Shown: positions 37,130 through 47,204 of the stretch, in pieces | How positions within the stretch are numbered: the stretch's first letter is position 1 | Layout of the letters: each line of letters starts with the position of its first letter | Source: Candidatus Omnitrophota bacterium | GTDB taxonomy: Bacteria > Omnitrophota > Gorgyraeia > Gygaellales > Profunditerraquicolaceae | DNA length: 64,000 nucleotides | Assembly: GCA_022710715.1 (NCBI GenBank) | Contig: JAKLGJ010000001.1 | Span: forward strand, 490,041-554,040 | Reading direction: 5' to 3' | Notes under the pieces: model-generated | Told to the model about the DNA's origin: nothing | The model's database searches: none | What the model saw: only the letters and a program-made list of their open reading frames with translations | Translations under genes and position numbers: made by a program

Positions 37130-38561
37130 CAGTCAACCTCCGTTTTAGAATATCCTGTAGAATTTTGGGATTAGCCTTACCTTTGGTTTTTTTCATTACC
37201 TGGCCCACTAAAAACATCAGCGCGTTATCTTTGCCGGCTTTGAAGTCGGCCACGGACTTGGGATTCTCATTGATCGCTTCCGCGATCGGCCCGTCAAGCG
37301 AACTCTCGTCCGATACCTGGACAAGATTTTTCTCCTGGATGATCTGCGCCGGTGTTTTTCCGGACCGGACTACTTCTTCCAGCACGGTTTTGCCTGCCAG
37401 ATTCGAAAGCGCCTGTTTCTTTTCCACCAATTCGATGATTTCCAGGAACGCTTTGGAAGAAATGGGCAATTCGTACGTTTGCAGATTGAGCGTGCCGGCG
37501 GTAGCAGTCAAAGCGCCGATATACCAGTTAGCCACCGGTTTTTTGTTTTTGTCCGGCCAGAGCTTGAATTTTTCTTCGCTATCGTCTGCCTTACGTTTAT
37601 CGGCTACGAGAATTTCCGCATCTTTTTCAGTCAAGCCGGCATATTCTTTGAGGAAACGCAGCTTTTTCTCCTGCGGCAGCTCCGGAATGCTTTTCTTAAG
37701 CTCCTGGATCTGTTGCTGCGAGATGACGAATGGCGGCAGGTCGGGCTCGGGGAAATACCGGTAGTCTTTGGCTTCCTCTTTGGAACGCATCGCGATAGTC
37801 CTGCCGCTTTTTTCGTCCCAGAGCCGGGTTTCCTGAACGATCTGTTCATTGTTACCCAGCGTTTCTTTATGCCGCTCGATCTCGTACTGCAGCGCGTCTT
37901 TCACCGCTTTAAACGAGTTGAGGTTTTTGAGCTCGGATTTAGTGCCTAAACCCGTGCTGCCCTCCGGGCGGACGGAAATATTCGCGTCGCAGCGCAACGT
38001 GCCTTTTTCCATATCGCAGTCAGATACCCCGACGTACTGGATAATGCTTTTAAGTGCGGTGAGGTAAGCGTAGGCTTCTTCCGGCGTGTGGATATCCGGT
38101 TCGGTAACGATTTCCAGCAGCGGCTGGCCGGTGCGATTCAAATCAACGAGGCTTTTGTCTTCTTTGTGGATGAGTTTGCCGGCGTCTTCTTCCAGATGCG
38201 CCCGGCGGATCCCGATGCGCCGCGTCCGGTCTGCGACCGCGATATCCAGATACCCGTCCTTGGAAACAGGCAGATCATACTGCGAAATCTGGAAGTTCTT
38301 GGGTAGATCGGGATAATAGTAATGCTTGCGGTCGAATTTGGTGAATTCCTGCACAGTGCAGTTCAAAGCGATGCCCACTTTAATGGAATATTCCAGCGCC
38401 GTTTTGTTGAGCACCGGCAAAGCCCCGGGAAAACCCAGGCAGACCGGGCAAACCTGGGAGTTGGGTTCCATCCCGAATTCGGTGCTGCAGCCGCAAAAAA
38501 CCTTGGTTCGGGTTTTCAGCTGCACATGCACTTCCAGTCCTATGACAGGTTCGTAGTTCAT
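37122..38561 (-). CDS. gatB: Asp-tRNA(Asn)/Glu-tRNA(Gln) amidotransferase subunit B
   Basis: VIGLEVHVQL...CGCS N-terminal GatB motifs and C-terminal YqeY-like domain. Confidence 0.95.
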   Translation of the reverse strand: MNYEPVIGLEVHVQLKTRTKVFCGCSTEFGMEPNSQVCPVCLGFPGALPVLNKTALEYSIKVGIALNCTVQEFTKFDRKHYYYPDLPKNFQISQYDLPVSKDGYLDIAVADRTRRIGIRRAHLEEDAGKLIHKEDKSLVDLNRTGQPLLEIVTEPDIHTPEEAYAYLTALKSIIQYVGVSDCDMEKGTLRCDANISVRPEGSTGLGTKSELKNLNSFKAVKDALQYEIERHKETLGNNEQIVQETRLWDEKSGRTIAMRSKEEAKDYRYFPEPDLPPFVISQQQIQELKKSIPELPQEKKLRFLKEYAGLTEKDAEILVADKRKADDSEEKFKLWPDKNKKPVANWYIGALTATAGTLNLQTYELPISSKAFLEIIELVEKKQALSNLAGKTVLEEVVRSGKTPAQIIQEKNLVQVSDESSLDGPIAEAINENPKSVADFKAGKDNALMFLVGQVMKKTKGKANPKILQDILKRRLTDA

Positions 38562-38564
38562 CGT

Positions 38565-40001
38565 TTAAAGCGCCGGTTTACGGGTATGCCAGTCCGTGCT
38601 CTGTTCGTAGGTATAGGCTACCCGGAAAAGCGTCTCTTCGGCAAAAGGCCTGGCCATGATCTGCAATCCTACCGGCAATCCTCCGGCGAATCCGCAGGGT
38701 ACTGAAATCGCCGGTATTCCGGCCAGGTTGGCGGAAATAGTGTAAACATCCGAAAGATACATCTGCAACGGGTTCTCGGCTTTTTCTCCGATCTTGAAAG
38801 CCGGGGTCGGCGCAGTCGGGGTAATGATGCAATCGCAATCAGCGAATGCCCGGTCAAAATCCTGTTTGATCAACGTGCGGACTTTCAGCGCCCGCAGATA
38901 ATAAGCGTCGTAATACCCGTGCGACAGGGCGAATGTGCCCAGCAGTATCCTGCGTTTCGCTTCTTCCCCGAATCCTTCCCCCCTGGTTTTTTTGTACATG
39001 TCGATCAATTTTGCGGATGTCGCCCGGAAACCGTACTGCACGCCGTCAAAACGCGCCAGGTTCGAGCTGGCTTCGGCGGTGGCCAGGATATAATAAACCG
39101 GTACCGAGAAATCGGTGTGCGGCAGGGAAATTTCCCTGGTTTGCGCGCCGAGGTCTTTGAGCGTTTTTATCGCTTCCAGAACGCTTGTCTTTACCTGCGT
39201 GTCCATGCCTTCGACGAAGAATTCTTTGGGTATGCCTATTTTCAGGTTCTTGACGTCTTTGGCCAGGGCTCCGGTATAATCCGGCACCGGCATGTCCACG
39301 GAAGTGGCGTCCATCGGGTCATGGCCGGCGATCGTATTAAGCAGCAGGGCATTGTCGCGCACATCCTTACTGATCGGGCCGATCTGGTCCAGGCTGGAAG
39401 CGAATGCGATCAATCCGTAGCGTGAGACGCGGCCATACGTGGGTTTAAGGCCTACTACGCCGCAGAGCGCCGCCGGCTGGCGAATGGACCCGCCGGTGTC
39501 CGAACCCAGCGCCACGATCGCCTCATCGGCGGCCACGCAGGCGGCTGAACCGCCGGACGATCCGCCCGGTACGCATTGCAGGTCCCAGGGGTTATGCGTG
39601 GCTCCGAAATAAGAGTTTTCCGTGGATGAGCCGAAAGCGAACTCATCCATATTCGCTTTTACCGGCAGGATCCGCGCGCCGGCTTCTTTGAGTTTGCGGA
39701 TGACCGTGGCGTCATACGGCGGACGGAATCCCTCCAGTATCCGGGAACAGCATTCGGTGGGAATGCCTTCAGTGCAAATATTGTCTTTAATGGTGATCGG
39801 GATGCCGGCTAAGGGCGCCGGCGATGATGCGGACGCTGCCGGTTCGAAGTCCGTGCGGTCAAAGCGGACATAGGCTTTGACTCTGGCGTCGACGGTCTGG
39901 ATGCGCTGTTTCAGCGAAGCGGTAATGTCGGAAGCTTTGATCGTTCCCTGCTCAAGCAACGCTTTGAGTTGATGAGCCGTGTTTTTGAAGAGTTCCATGA
40001 T
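38565..40001 (-). CDS. gatA: Glu-tRNA(Gln) amidotransferase subunit A (amidase signature)
   Basis: [12 protein letters not shown] amidase-signature motif. ORF-caller start (MCCGRTSRL) trimmed to MELFKN, 2 nt after gatC stop. Confidence 0.95.
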   Translation of the reverse strand: MMELFKNTAHQLKALLEQGTIKASDITASLKQRIQTVDARVKAYVRFDRTDFEPAASASSPAPLAGIPITIKDNICTEGIPTECCSRILEGFRPPYDATVIRKLKEAGARILPVKANMDEFAFGSSTENSYFGATHNPWDLQCVPGGSSGGSAACVAADEAIVALGSDTGGSIRQPAALCGVVGLKPTYGRVSRYGLIAFASSLDQIGPISKDVRDNALLLNTIAGHDPMDATSVDMPVPDYTGALAKDVKNLKIGIPKEFFVEGMDTQVKTSVLEAIKTLKDLGAQTREISLPHTDFSVPVYYILATAEASSNLARFDGVQYGFRATSAKLIDMYKKTRGEGFGEEAKRRILLGTFALSHGYYDAYYLRALKVRTLIKQDFDRAFADCDCIITPTAPTPAFKIGEKAENPLQMYLSDVYTISANLAGIPAISVPCGFAGGLPVGLQIMARPFAEETLFRVAYTYEQSTDWHTRKPAL

Positions 40002-40002
40002 T

Positions 40003-40290
40003 TTATTCGATGACTTTGGGTACTCCGAAGAAATTGCCCTGCCGGTCAGGGGCATTGCGCAGGGCTTTATCCACCGGCAGAGACGCAGCCGGGACGTCCG
40101 GCCGCAGCACATTCTGCAGCGGCAGAATATGGCTGGTCGGCGGAATTTTTGAGACGTCCAGGGAGCTAAGGCGGTCGATGTGCTCCAGCACCGCCTCCAG
40201 CTGTTTGGAAAGTTTTTCCAGTTCGGCCGGGGTCAGTTCTATCCGGCTTAAATGCGCCACATAATCAACGGTTTCTTTGGATAAGGCCAT
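40003..40290 (-). CDS. gatC: Asp-tRNA(Asn)/Glu-tRNA(Gln) amidotransferase subunit C
   Basis: [26 protein letters not shown] GatC N-terminus; start trimmed to MALSKE. Confidence 0.85.
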   Translation of the reverse strand: MALSKETVDYVAHLSRIELTPAELEKLSKQLEAVLEHIDRLSSLDVSKIPPTSHILPLQNVLRPDVPAASLPVDKALRNAPDRQGNFFGVPKVIE

Positions 40291-40374
40291 AGGATTCTTT
40301 CGGGTAGTGATGAAAATCAATCATAGCATCGTTTACCCGGAAAGTCAAAAGAAAGATGGGCGTGCAGCAGGTGA

Positions 40375-40995
40375 TCACTGCGGGACGCCGGTTTCTCCGA
40401 TAAACAGCGTGGCTAAACCCAGGCCGCCGCAGCTGGGGAAAAGCGTGTTCATGCTGCCGCGCAGTCCCAGGAACCCGGTGCCGTCGAAAACCTGGTCGAG
40501 CTTGGTGATTTCGCTCGCGCTGGAAAGACCGTAAACGGAAACGCTGATGCCGTCGCGGATTTCATAGGTACCGTCTCCCTGCATGTCGAAATAACATGAA
40601 TAGGTCCCGCTGGAAGCGAGATTCCACCAGACATAGTAATACCCGAATATGGGGCAGCCTGACGTTCCCGATGGTTTTGCCATCGGGCTCATGGCGAGTT
40701 TTTCCAGGTACGGGCCGTTCCAGCCGGTTACCCCGGGGTTGGTCATCATCGGAGAAGCGGCGGTGTTGATGTAATGGCAGGCAGGCCAACTGCCGACGTC
40801 GGCGTAATAACTCAACACCGCGGTTTTGATCGATTTCATATCCGATGCAGTCCGGGAAATTTTGGCTTTTTCGATGGCGCGGAAAGCGTTGGGAGCCACT
40901 ACCGCGGCGAGAATGGCGATAATGGCTATAACCACGATAAGCTCGACCAGAGTAAAACCGCGTTGGTCAAAACAGTTCCTTTTTGCAGAGCGCAT
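40375..40995 (-). CDS. prepilin-type N-terminal cleavage/methylation domain protein (type IV pilin / T2SS pseudopilin-like)
   Basis: Canonical leader ...QRG|FTLVELIVVIAIIAILAAVV with Glu+5, followed by Cys-containing globular domain. Confidence 0.75.
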   Translation of the reverse strand: MRSAKRNCFDQRGFTLVELIVVIAIIAILAAVVAPNAFRAIEKAKISRTASDMKSIKTAVLSYYADVGSWPACHYINTAASPMMTNPGVTGWNGPYLEKLAMSPMAKPSGTSGCPIFGYYYVWWNLASSGTYSCYFDMQGDGTYEIRDGISVSVYGLSSASEITKLDQVFDGTGFLGLRGSMNTLFPSCGGLGLATLFIGETGVPQ

Positions 40996-41120
40996 ACTAT
41001 CCCTCCTTGTAAAAGTATTGTATCGGCGATTGGGGAGTAAGTCAAGTCAAGAAATTAGTGGACAAATCGGGCAGAATAGGTACAATAACATCATTGATTT
41101 TACGAAAGGAGCAATGCGCA

Positions 41121-44100
41121 ATGAGCAAAGGTTCTCTCTATACTAATAAGATTAACTACCACCTTAACAAAGACGGTGAATTTATTATCGAAAATTACAA
41201 TTACGCCAAGCCTCTGGCGAACTTCTTTCCCGGCATTGCCGGGAAATACGGCATTCCCATGTGGGTTTTTTACGTCAACCGCGGGCAGGCGATCAACAGT
41301 TTCGGCACGGACGGTAAAGACTCCGCGATCCTGGAATTCCAGCCTGCCAATAAAGCCTGGCAGACGACTTCTCTCAACGGGTTCCGCACTTTCATCAAGC
41401 TTTCTCAAGCGAACAATGAAATCTTCTATGAGCCGTTCCACGACGGTATCGTTAACCGGTCTTTTGCGATCGCCAATCAGATGGCCATGTCTTCCTGCGA
41501 GCTGCGCCTGGAAGAATCCAACGCTACGCTGGGCTTAAAGACCACGGTAGAATATTTCACTATCCCGCAGGAGTGTTTCGCCGCCCTGGTCAGGATCGTC
41601 ACCATTACCAATACCGCCCGGAAACGCCGTTCGCTGCAGGTGCTTGACGGCTTGCCGCAGATCATTCCCTACGGGATCGCGAATCTCTTTTTGAAGAAGC
41701 TAAGCCGCACCATCGAAGCCTGGATGGGCGTGGAGAATCTCGATACCGGCGTGCCGTTCTACAAGGTTGACGTGGATCCCATCGACCGACCCCAGGTACT
41801 GCATATCAAAGGCGGCAATTTCTATTTGAGTTTTGTCCGGGAAGGCAAGAAAGCCAGAATCATCAAACCCATCGTCGATCCGGATGCGATTTTCGGGCAG
41901 ATCAGCGATTTTTCCTGTCCGCGCGCGTTCCTGGACAAGAAACGCTTTACCTATCCGGCCGGGCAGCAGACTCAATGCAAGACGCCCTGCGGCTTTACTC
42001 CCCTTTCCCTGGATCTGGCGCCGGGAGCATCGCAAACTTTTTGTACGGTGATCGGCCACGCCCGCAATGTCAGGGTAATGAACGCGTCGGTGAAACGCAT
42101 TATCGCTCCCGGGTATCTGGAAGCGAAAAATCAGGCTAACAAACGTTTGATCGCCGAGTTGCAGTCGGATGTCGAGACCGGAAGCAGTTCCTGGGAGTTC
42201 GATTATTACTGCAAACAGACCTATCTGGATAATATCATGCGCGGCGGATACCCGGCGTTGTTCGGTTCCGGCGCCGACGCCAAGGTTTTTTACCTCTACT
42301 CCCGCAAGCACGGAGACCTGGAGCGCGATTATAATAAGTTCCAGATACAGCCGACCTATTTCTCGCAGGGCAACGGTAATTACCGCGACATGAACCAGAA
42401 CCGCAGGTGCGATGTCTGGTTCAATCCCGGTATCAAGGATTTCAACATTATCACGTTTTTCAACCTGCTGCAGTCCGACGGTTTCAATCCTCTGGTGGTC
42501 AAAGGCGCGACGTTCAGCCTGAAAAATAAGGACGCATTCGCCGAACAGCTGCGCCTGATCGCCGCCGAAAAGGATATCGCGTTGATCCTGGGCTTACTGG
42601 AAAAACCGTTTACTCCCGGCCAGGTGATCATGGACATCGAGGAGCATAACTGTAAGCTCAAACTCTCCCACGACGACTTCCTCACCCTGCTCTTCAGCCA
42701 TTCAGTCAAGAATCCGGAGGCTGATCACGGCGAGGGTTTCTGGATCGACCACTGGCATTATAATCTTGATCTGATCGAAAATTTCCTGGCGGTGTATCCG
42801 GAGAAGCTCAAAGAACTGGTCTTCGAGAAGAAAGTATTTACCTTCTACGATAACGATTCGGTAGTCCGGCCGCGCAGCGAAAAATACATACTGCTGGACG
42901 GTCATCCGAAGCAATTACATTCCGTAGCGCATAGTCCGGAAAAGAAAGAGTTGATCGGCGCGAGGCTTTCTTCGCCGCATACCCTGCGCACCGAATACGG
43001 CAAAGGCGATGTTTATACCTGCACCCTGATCAACAAGCTTTTCTGTCTGCTGGTGAACAAACTCGCTTCTTTTGACCCGGCCGGCGCAGGCATCGAAATG
43101 GAAGCGGATAAGCCCAACTGGTTCGACGCGTTGAACGGTTTGCCCGCGCTTTTCGGTTCATCCGCCTGTGAAACATTCGAACTCAAACGGCTGATCCTCT
43201 TTATCCGGGACGCGTTACGCGTTTCCGGGGTACAACAGTTCAGCCTGACCGAAGAAATATACGATTTCCTGCAGGGGCTGACTGCCGCATTGCGCGATTG
43301 GGAGCGCTCCAACGATAAGAATCGGGATATGCTGTATTGGGATGCCAGCGCCACCCTGAAAGAGGAATACCGGGCCAGGACTACCTTCGGCTTCAAGGGC
43401 GGTGAAAAACAGGTTTTTGCCGGAGATATGCCGGCGGTGCTCGAACTCGCTTTGAAAAAGACCGACAGCGGCATAGCTAAAGCGCGGGACGAAAAGAAAA
43501 GCCTTTATTACGGCTATTTCATCAATGAAGTCACGGCTTTCGAGAACATCGACGCAACCCGCATCCGGCCGACTCAATTCGCGCAAAAACGCGTTCCTTT
43601 GTTCCTGGAAGGGCTGATGCACGCCATGCGCCTGACCGAAGACAAAGAACACGCGCATGCCATTTACAAAGCGGTTAAAACCAGCGAGCTGTACGATAAG
43701 GAATTGCAGATGTACCGGGTTACCGCCTCCCTCGCTTCCATGCCGGAAGAAATCGGCCGGTGCACCGCTTTTACCCCGGGCTGGCTGGAGAATCAGTCGA
43801 TCTGGCTGCATATGGAGTATAAATACCTGCTGGAGTTGTTGCGTCAGGGAATCTATGAGGATTTCTTCGCGGATTTCCGGAAAGTGCTTATTCCTTTCCT
43901 GAAACCCGAGCGTTACGGCCGCAGTATCCTGGAGAATTCTTCTTTTCTGGTAAGCAGCGCTTTTCCGTATAAACAATTGCATGGCAACGGTTTCGTTGCC
44001 CGGCTGTCCGGTTCGACCGTAGAATTCTTGAGCATGTGGTTATTGATGAATCTCGGCAGGCAGCCGTTCTTCCTTAATGATAAGCAGGAATTGAACCTGC

Positions 44101-44363
44101 GTTTCGCTCCGGCTTTGCCCGGATGGCTTTTCGACAAAAAAGGCAAAACGTACCGCTTCACCCTGCTGGGCCGCATTCCGGTGGTCTATCATAACCCGCT
44201 GTTGAAGGATGCCTTCGGCAGCCAGGGGGTAAAACCGGTTAAAATCACCCTTAACTATAAGGATAATAAGAGCGTAACTATCCTTTCCGATACCTTATCT
44301 GTCTCGTACGCGCATCAAGTGCGTAACCTGGAAGTTACCTCCATCAAAGTTGATTTGGCTTGA
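41121..44363 (+). CDS. large cytoplasmic (alpha/alpha)6 glycoside phosphorylase/hydrolase-like protein (GH94/cellobiose-phosphorylase-like, tentative)
   Basis: 1080 aa, no signal peptide; NWFDALNG resembles GH94 DWNDGLN general-acid motif; other candidate catalytic stretches GNGNYRDMNQN and GFWIDHWHYNLD. Start set at MSKGSL with AAAGGAG RBS. Confidence 0.35.
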   Translation: MSKGSLYTNKINYHLNKDGEFIIENYNYAKPLANFFPGIAGKYGIPMWVFYVNRGQAINSFGTDGKDSAILEFQPANKAWQTTSLNGFRTFIKLSQANNEIFYEPFHDGIVNRSFAIANQMAMSSCELRLEESNATLGLKTTVEYFTIPQECFAALVRIVTITNTARKRRSLQVLDGLPQIIPYGIANLFLKKLSRTIEAWMGVENLDTGVPFYKVDVDPIDRPQVLHIKGGNFYLSFVREGKKARIIKPIVDPDAIFGQISDFSCPRAFLDKKRFTYPAGQQTQCKTPCGFTPLSLDLAPGASQTFCTVIGHARNVRVMNASVKRIIAPGYLEAKNQANKRLIAELQSDVETGSSSWEFDYYCKQTYLDNIMRGGYPALFGSGADAKVFYLYSRKHGDLERDYNKFQIQPTYFSQGNGNYRDMNQNRRCDVWFNPGIKDFNIITFFNLLQSDGFNPLVVKGATFSLKNKDAFAEQLRLIAAEKDIALILGLLEKPFTPGQVIMDIEEHNCKLKLSHDDFLTLLFSHSVKNPEADHGEGFWIDHWHYNLDLIENFLAVYPEKLKELVFEKKVFTFYDNDSVVRPRSEKYILLDGHPKQLHSVAHSPEKKELIGARLSSPHTLRTEYGKGDVYTCTLINKLFCLLVNKLASFDPAGAGIEMEADKPNWFDALNGLPALFGSSACETFELKRLILFIRDALRVSGVQQFSLTEEIYDFLQGLTAALRDWERSNDKNRDMLYWDASATLKEEYRARTTFGFKGGEKQVFAGDMPAVLELALKKTDSGIAKARDEKKSLYYGYFINEVTAFENIDATRIRPTQFAQKRVPLFLEGLMHAMRLTEDKEHAHAIYKAVKTSELYDKELQMYRVTASLASMPEEIGRCTAFTPGWLENQSIWLHMEYKYLLELLRQGIYEDFFADFRKVLIPFLKPERYGRSILENSSFLVSSAFPYKQLHGNGFVARLSGSTVEFLSMWLLMNLGRQPFFLNDKQELNLRFAPALPGWLFDKKGKTYRFTLLGRIPVVYHNPLLKDAFGSQGVKPVKITLNYKDNKSVTILSDTLSVSYAHQVRNLEVTSIKVDLA

Positions 44364-44368
44364 TTTAT

Positions 44369-44428
44369 AGGGACGTTCCCCAAGGTACCACCCCTGTAAC
44401 CAGGGGTGGTACCTTGGGGAACGTCCCT
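44369..44428. repeat. perfect 28-bp inverted repeat (hairpin, 4-nt loop TAAC) 5 nt after the stop of the 1080-aa gene; arms are copies of a 27-nt element also at 53022-53050
   Basis: AGGGACGTTCCCCAAGGTACCACCCCTG-TAAC-CAGGGGTGGTACCTTGGGGAACGTCCCT read directly; no T-tract follows. Confidence 0.9.
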
Positions 44429-44612
44429 AATATATATACCCGTGGGCTTGAAATCTGTACATTTTGTGTTATACTTAAAGTGTAATAAGCGAACTTTGAC
44501 AGATCAGTTCCTACTGATAAAGGCTAACTAGCAGTAATGCTGGGGCGCAAAGCGACAGTTCTTCTGTTTGTGCAGAAGAAGGCTGCGTTACCAAAGAGGA
44601 CGTATTCCTGAA

Positions 44613-44641
44613 CCCAAGGATATCTCTCTTGGGTTTTTTTG
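44613..44641 (+). terminator. intrinsic terminator-like hairpin (CCCAAG..CTTGGG + T8)
   Basis: Stem cccaag/cttggg followed by ttttttt. Confidence 0.6.
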
Positions 44642-44648
44642 TTCTCTA

Positions 44649-44708
44649 CCCCGGTATTCTGCCTGTCTGCCCATTCGGGCAGACAGAACCTGTTGCCGGG
44701 GTTTTTTA
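44649..44708 (+). terminator. second intrinsic terminator-like hairpin immediately upstream of the small ORF RBS
   Basis: Nested stem CCCCGG...CTGTCTGCCC-ATTC-GGGCAGACAG...CCGGGG followed by TTTTTT. Confidence 0.6.
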
Positions 44709-44721
44709 TTGAGAGGTTGCA

Positions 44722-44988
44722 ATGAACGAACATGACGAAAAAAATCAGCGCGTGGTGACTTTTTTGAACCGGGATGAGGTCGATTTCCTGGATAAACTGG
44801 GCAAAGACGCTCTGTTTTCCAGCGGCTCCAAGCTCTCCCGCGCCAAGCTGATCGCCTGGTTGATCGATATGCTTAAAGGTTTGGGGATTGACGGCAAGGA
44901 TCTTAAGTCGGAAAAAGATCTGGAAGCTCGGGTCCTGGGGGTGTTGAAACAGATTTCCGAACAAAAAGAAAGCTACCCGCCACGGTAG
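44722..44988 (+). CDS. small hypothetical protein, possibly ribbon-helix-helix-like DNA-binding
   Basis: GAGAGG RBS 5 nt before ATG; QRVVTFLNRDEVDFLDKLGK resembles an RHH beta-strand/helix start; 88 aa, Lys-rich C-terminus. Confidence 0.4.
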   Translation: MNEHDEKNQRVVTFLNRDEVDFLDKLGKDALFSSGSKLSRAKLIAWLIDMLKGLGIDGKDLKSEKDLEARVLGVLKQISEQKESYPPR

Positions 44989-45193
44989 ATGCGTAAGAAA
45001 GTCGAGGCCCTGGGGAGGGGAATATTTGGGGTCACTGGATTACCAGGGGTCAGCCTGGGATTGATTCAGGGGGCAGTAGATTTAAGCGTTACGGGGATGG
45101 GGTCCCCGACCACACCAGCCACGGTTAGCAATGCATGATGGACAGCCCGGAGGTAGGGCTCAAACTTGCAACGCCACCAGCCACGGTAGAGTT

Positions 45194-45220
45194 TCATTGT
45201 GCGAGAGCCATCGAAAGGTG
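45194..45220 (+). terminator. intrinsic terminator-like hairpin upstream of the 45256 gene
   Basis: AGAGCCA-tcgaaagg-TGGCTCT followed by TTTTTA. Confidence 0.5.
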
Positions 45221-45255
45221 GCTCTTTTTATCACTCAACTAAGGAGGAATGACTG

Positions 45256-46182
45256 ATGCGTAACGTACTTCTGGCCGCAGTCCTGGCAAGTGTTTTGTGT
45301 TCTTGCGTATACGCTGAACAAGCCACTAAAATGCTGGTAGAAACACCGCCGCAGGAAACGATATTCGTCGCTGAAAACGAAGCGCAGGTGCCTGCTGCCC
45401 GCTATCCCAAATTCGCTGAATTTTCCGGGGATAATCCTAACTGCGAGGCGTATTTACAGACCGATTATTCCGGTTCGGGTGATGAAGCCGACGGAATCGC
45501 CCAGAACGGTTTGAGCCAGGCTCCCTTGAACCTGCGCAGCAAGATGGGGTCGGGATCCGCTACCGGCTCAAAGATGCAGTTTGTCTCGATTAGCGAACAG
45601 GGCAGCAACAAGCCGTTCGCCGTCGACAATTACCAGATCCCTGCGGAGTATCGCAAGACCGCCAAGCTGCTGATCAGCTGGACGGTGCGTATCGAAGGAT
45701 GGGAAACTCCCGGCATGAACATCAGCCCGGGATTATGCAGCAACTGGTATGGAACGTCCATACAGGAATTCCCTGCCAACGACGTCAAGCTGGGGTTGTT
45801 CATTACCGATCATAATCAAGAAGTCCGCAAAGGCGCGGAAGGTTCTTTGACCATTCCTCCCGGCCCGCCGCAGGAGATTATTCAGGTTCCTCCTCCTCCG
45901 CCAAGCCCAAACGTGCCAAGCAATGATGGAAGCTCTCAACCCGCGAATTCTGACTGGGGACCGAACAACGGCGCGCCTCCCTTCGATCTCTCGGATCCGG
46001 TTATCAGCGGCAGTTACCTGTTGAGCCCTTCAGATTTCGAAAACGGGGAATTTCCCGAGGTCATCAGGCGTATAGAGATCAAATGGCAGAATCAGACGTC
46101 GCAGATTCTGGTTTCTCCGGCAAAAATGCGCACCCTTACGATCATGCTTATGCCGACGGGCAAGGAGAGTTCGGGGAATTAG
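45256..46182 (+). CDS. secreted Pro-rich hypothetical protein
   Basis: AAGGAGG RBS; signal peptide MRNVLLAAVLASVLCSCVYA; PPGPPQEIIQVPPPPPSPNVPS linker. Confidence 0.55.
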   Translation: MRNVLLAAVLASVLCSCVYAEQATKMLVETPPQETIFVAENEAQVPAARYPKFAEFSGDNPNCEAYLQTDYSGSGDEADGIAQNGLSQAPLNLRSKMGSGSATGSKMQFVSISEQGSNKPFAVDNYQIPAEYRKTAKLLISWTVRIEGWETPGMNISPGLCSNWYGTSIQEFPANDVKLGLFITDHNQEVRKGAEGSLTIPPGPPQEIIQVPPPPPSPNVPSNDGSSQPANSDWGPNNGAPPFDLSDPVISGSYLLSPSDFENGEFPEVIRRIEIKWQNQTSQILVSPAKMRTLTIMLMPTGKESSGN

Positions 46183-46245
46183 GCGTGTAGCGGGGTTATC
46201 CGACCGCAATGCGAAAGAGCCGTCCTTAGCGACGGCTCTTTCATT

Positions 46246-46560
46246 TTATTCTATTTTTACATCCGTGGAGAAACTGGCATTGTCCGGCGCAAGATTAACC
46301 GTGAAGGACAGGTTGCTGTAGGCGGAGTTCTTGTGCTTGCGCACGTGGCCCAGCTCAACGGTCTGGGTAATGTTGCGGTCCCATAACGTTTTGGACCTGA
46401 CTCCCAACTGTCCCCATTCCAGGCTATGCATAACGGCATTGCCGGTGACCGTGTTCCTGAAATCCGTTTCCACCAGGCTGTGCACGTGGCTGATCGAAAG
46501 GAAAAATGCCACTATGATTGAAGAAATAATGGTTAATATGCCTAAGAGTAATCCGATCAT
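46246..46560 (-). CDS. small membrane protein, last gene of pilin-like operon
   Basis: Hydrophobic N-terminus MIGLLLGILTIISSIIVAFFL; 4-nt start/stop overlap with upstream pseudopilin gene. Confidence 0.4.
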   Translation of the reverse strand: MIGLLLGILTIISSIIVAFFLSISHVHSLVETDFRNTVTGNAVMHSLEWGQLGVRSKTLWDRNITQTVELGHVRKHKNSAYSNLSFTVNLAPDNASFSTDVKIE

Positions 46561-47204
46561 TTGACCACATCGGTAAACCAGAGCCGAAAACCGTCGATTT
46601 TGGCGATCTTTTTCGGCAATCCCGGTACCGCCTTTTTGCCCGTACTTTCAGCAGAAATAGTGACGACCAGAAAATCAGGCTCATTCTCGATCTCAGCCTC
46701 GAATTTCCTGCGGAAATATATTCTGGGTTTGAATTTGCCTTCTACCAGGATGAAATCAATAGATTGTCGTCCGGTCGAACTCACCACCGTGCTTAGCGGT
46801 CCGTCTGATTTGCGCAAGATCAGGTTGCCGCCGGTATCGATGCAATACCGGTAGAGAGCGTTATCAGTGCGGGTGTCGGGCGTAACGGCATTGATATTGT
46901 TTTCGCCTTCGAAAGCGAATTCGGTTTTCATTTCAGTTTCTTGATCCGCGGAGAATACCGAATCAGGGGCGATGGCGATGGCGCTGACACAGCGGCGCTG
47001 AATGTCGTCCAGTGCGTTGTTGATCTGCAGGTACATATTGTAGCGCTCCGCATAGACAGTAATCTGCCTGGAAGCAAAATTCAGCAGCGTGAAGACAGCG
47101 CCGACAACCACGACCCCCATGATCATCCCGATGATCAGCTCGATGAGGGTGAACGCTTTACGGTTTGTAGTCCCTGGCAGTCTTGGATTCATAGGCGACC
47201 GCAT
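46557..47204 (-). CDS. pseudopilin-like protein with prepilin-type N-terminus (Ala at -1)
   Basis: NRKA|FTLIELIIGMIMGVVVVGAVF: T4P/T2SS class III leader with Glu+5 but Ala instead of Gly at -1. Confidence 0.6.
   Translation of the reverse strand: MRSPMNPRLPGTTNRKAFTLIELIIGMIMGVVVVGAVFTLLNFASRQITVYAERYNMYLQINNALDDIQRRCVSAIAIAPDSVFSADQETEMKTEFAFEGENNINAVTPDTRTDNALYRYCIDTGGNLILRKSDGPLSTVVSSTGRQSIDFILVEGKFKPRIYFRRKFEAEIENEPDFLVVTISAESTGKKAVPGLPKKIAKIDGFRLWFTDVVK

Noticed and set aside
44430-44640. Candidate SRP (4.5S) RNA or other known structured RNA in the region before the first terminator
   Set aside because: Conserved SRP domain IV sequence (AGGUCAGG...GGAAGGAAGCAGCC-like) not present; region retained only as an unclassified sRNA/leader candidate in findings
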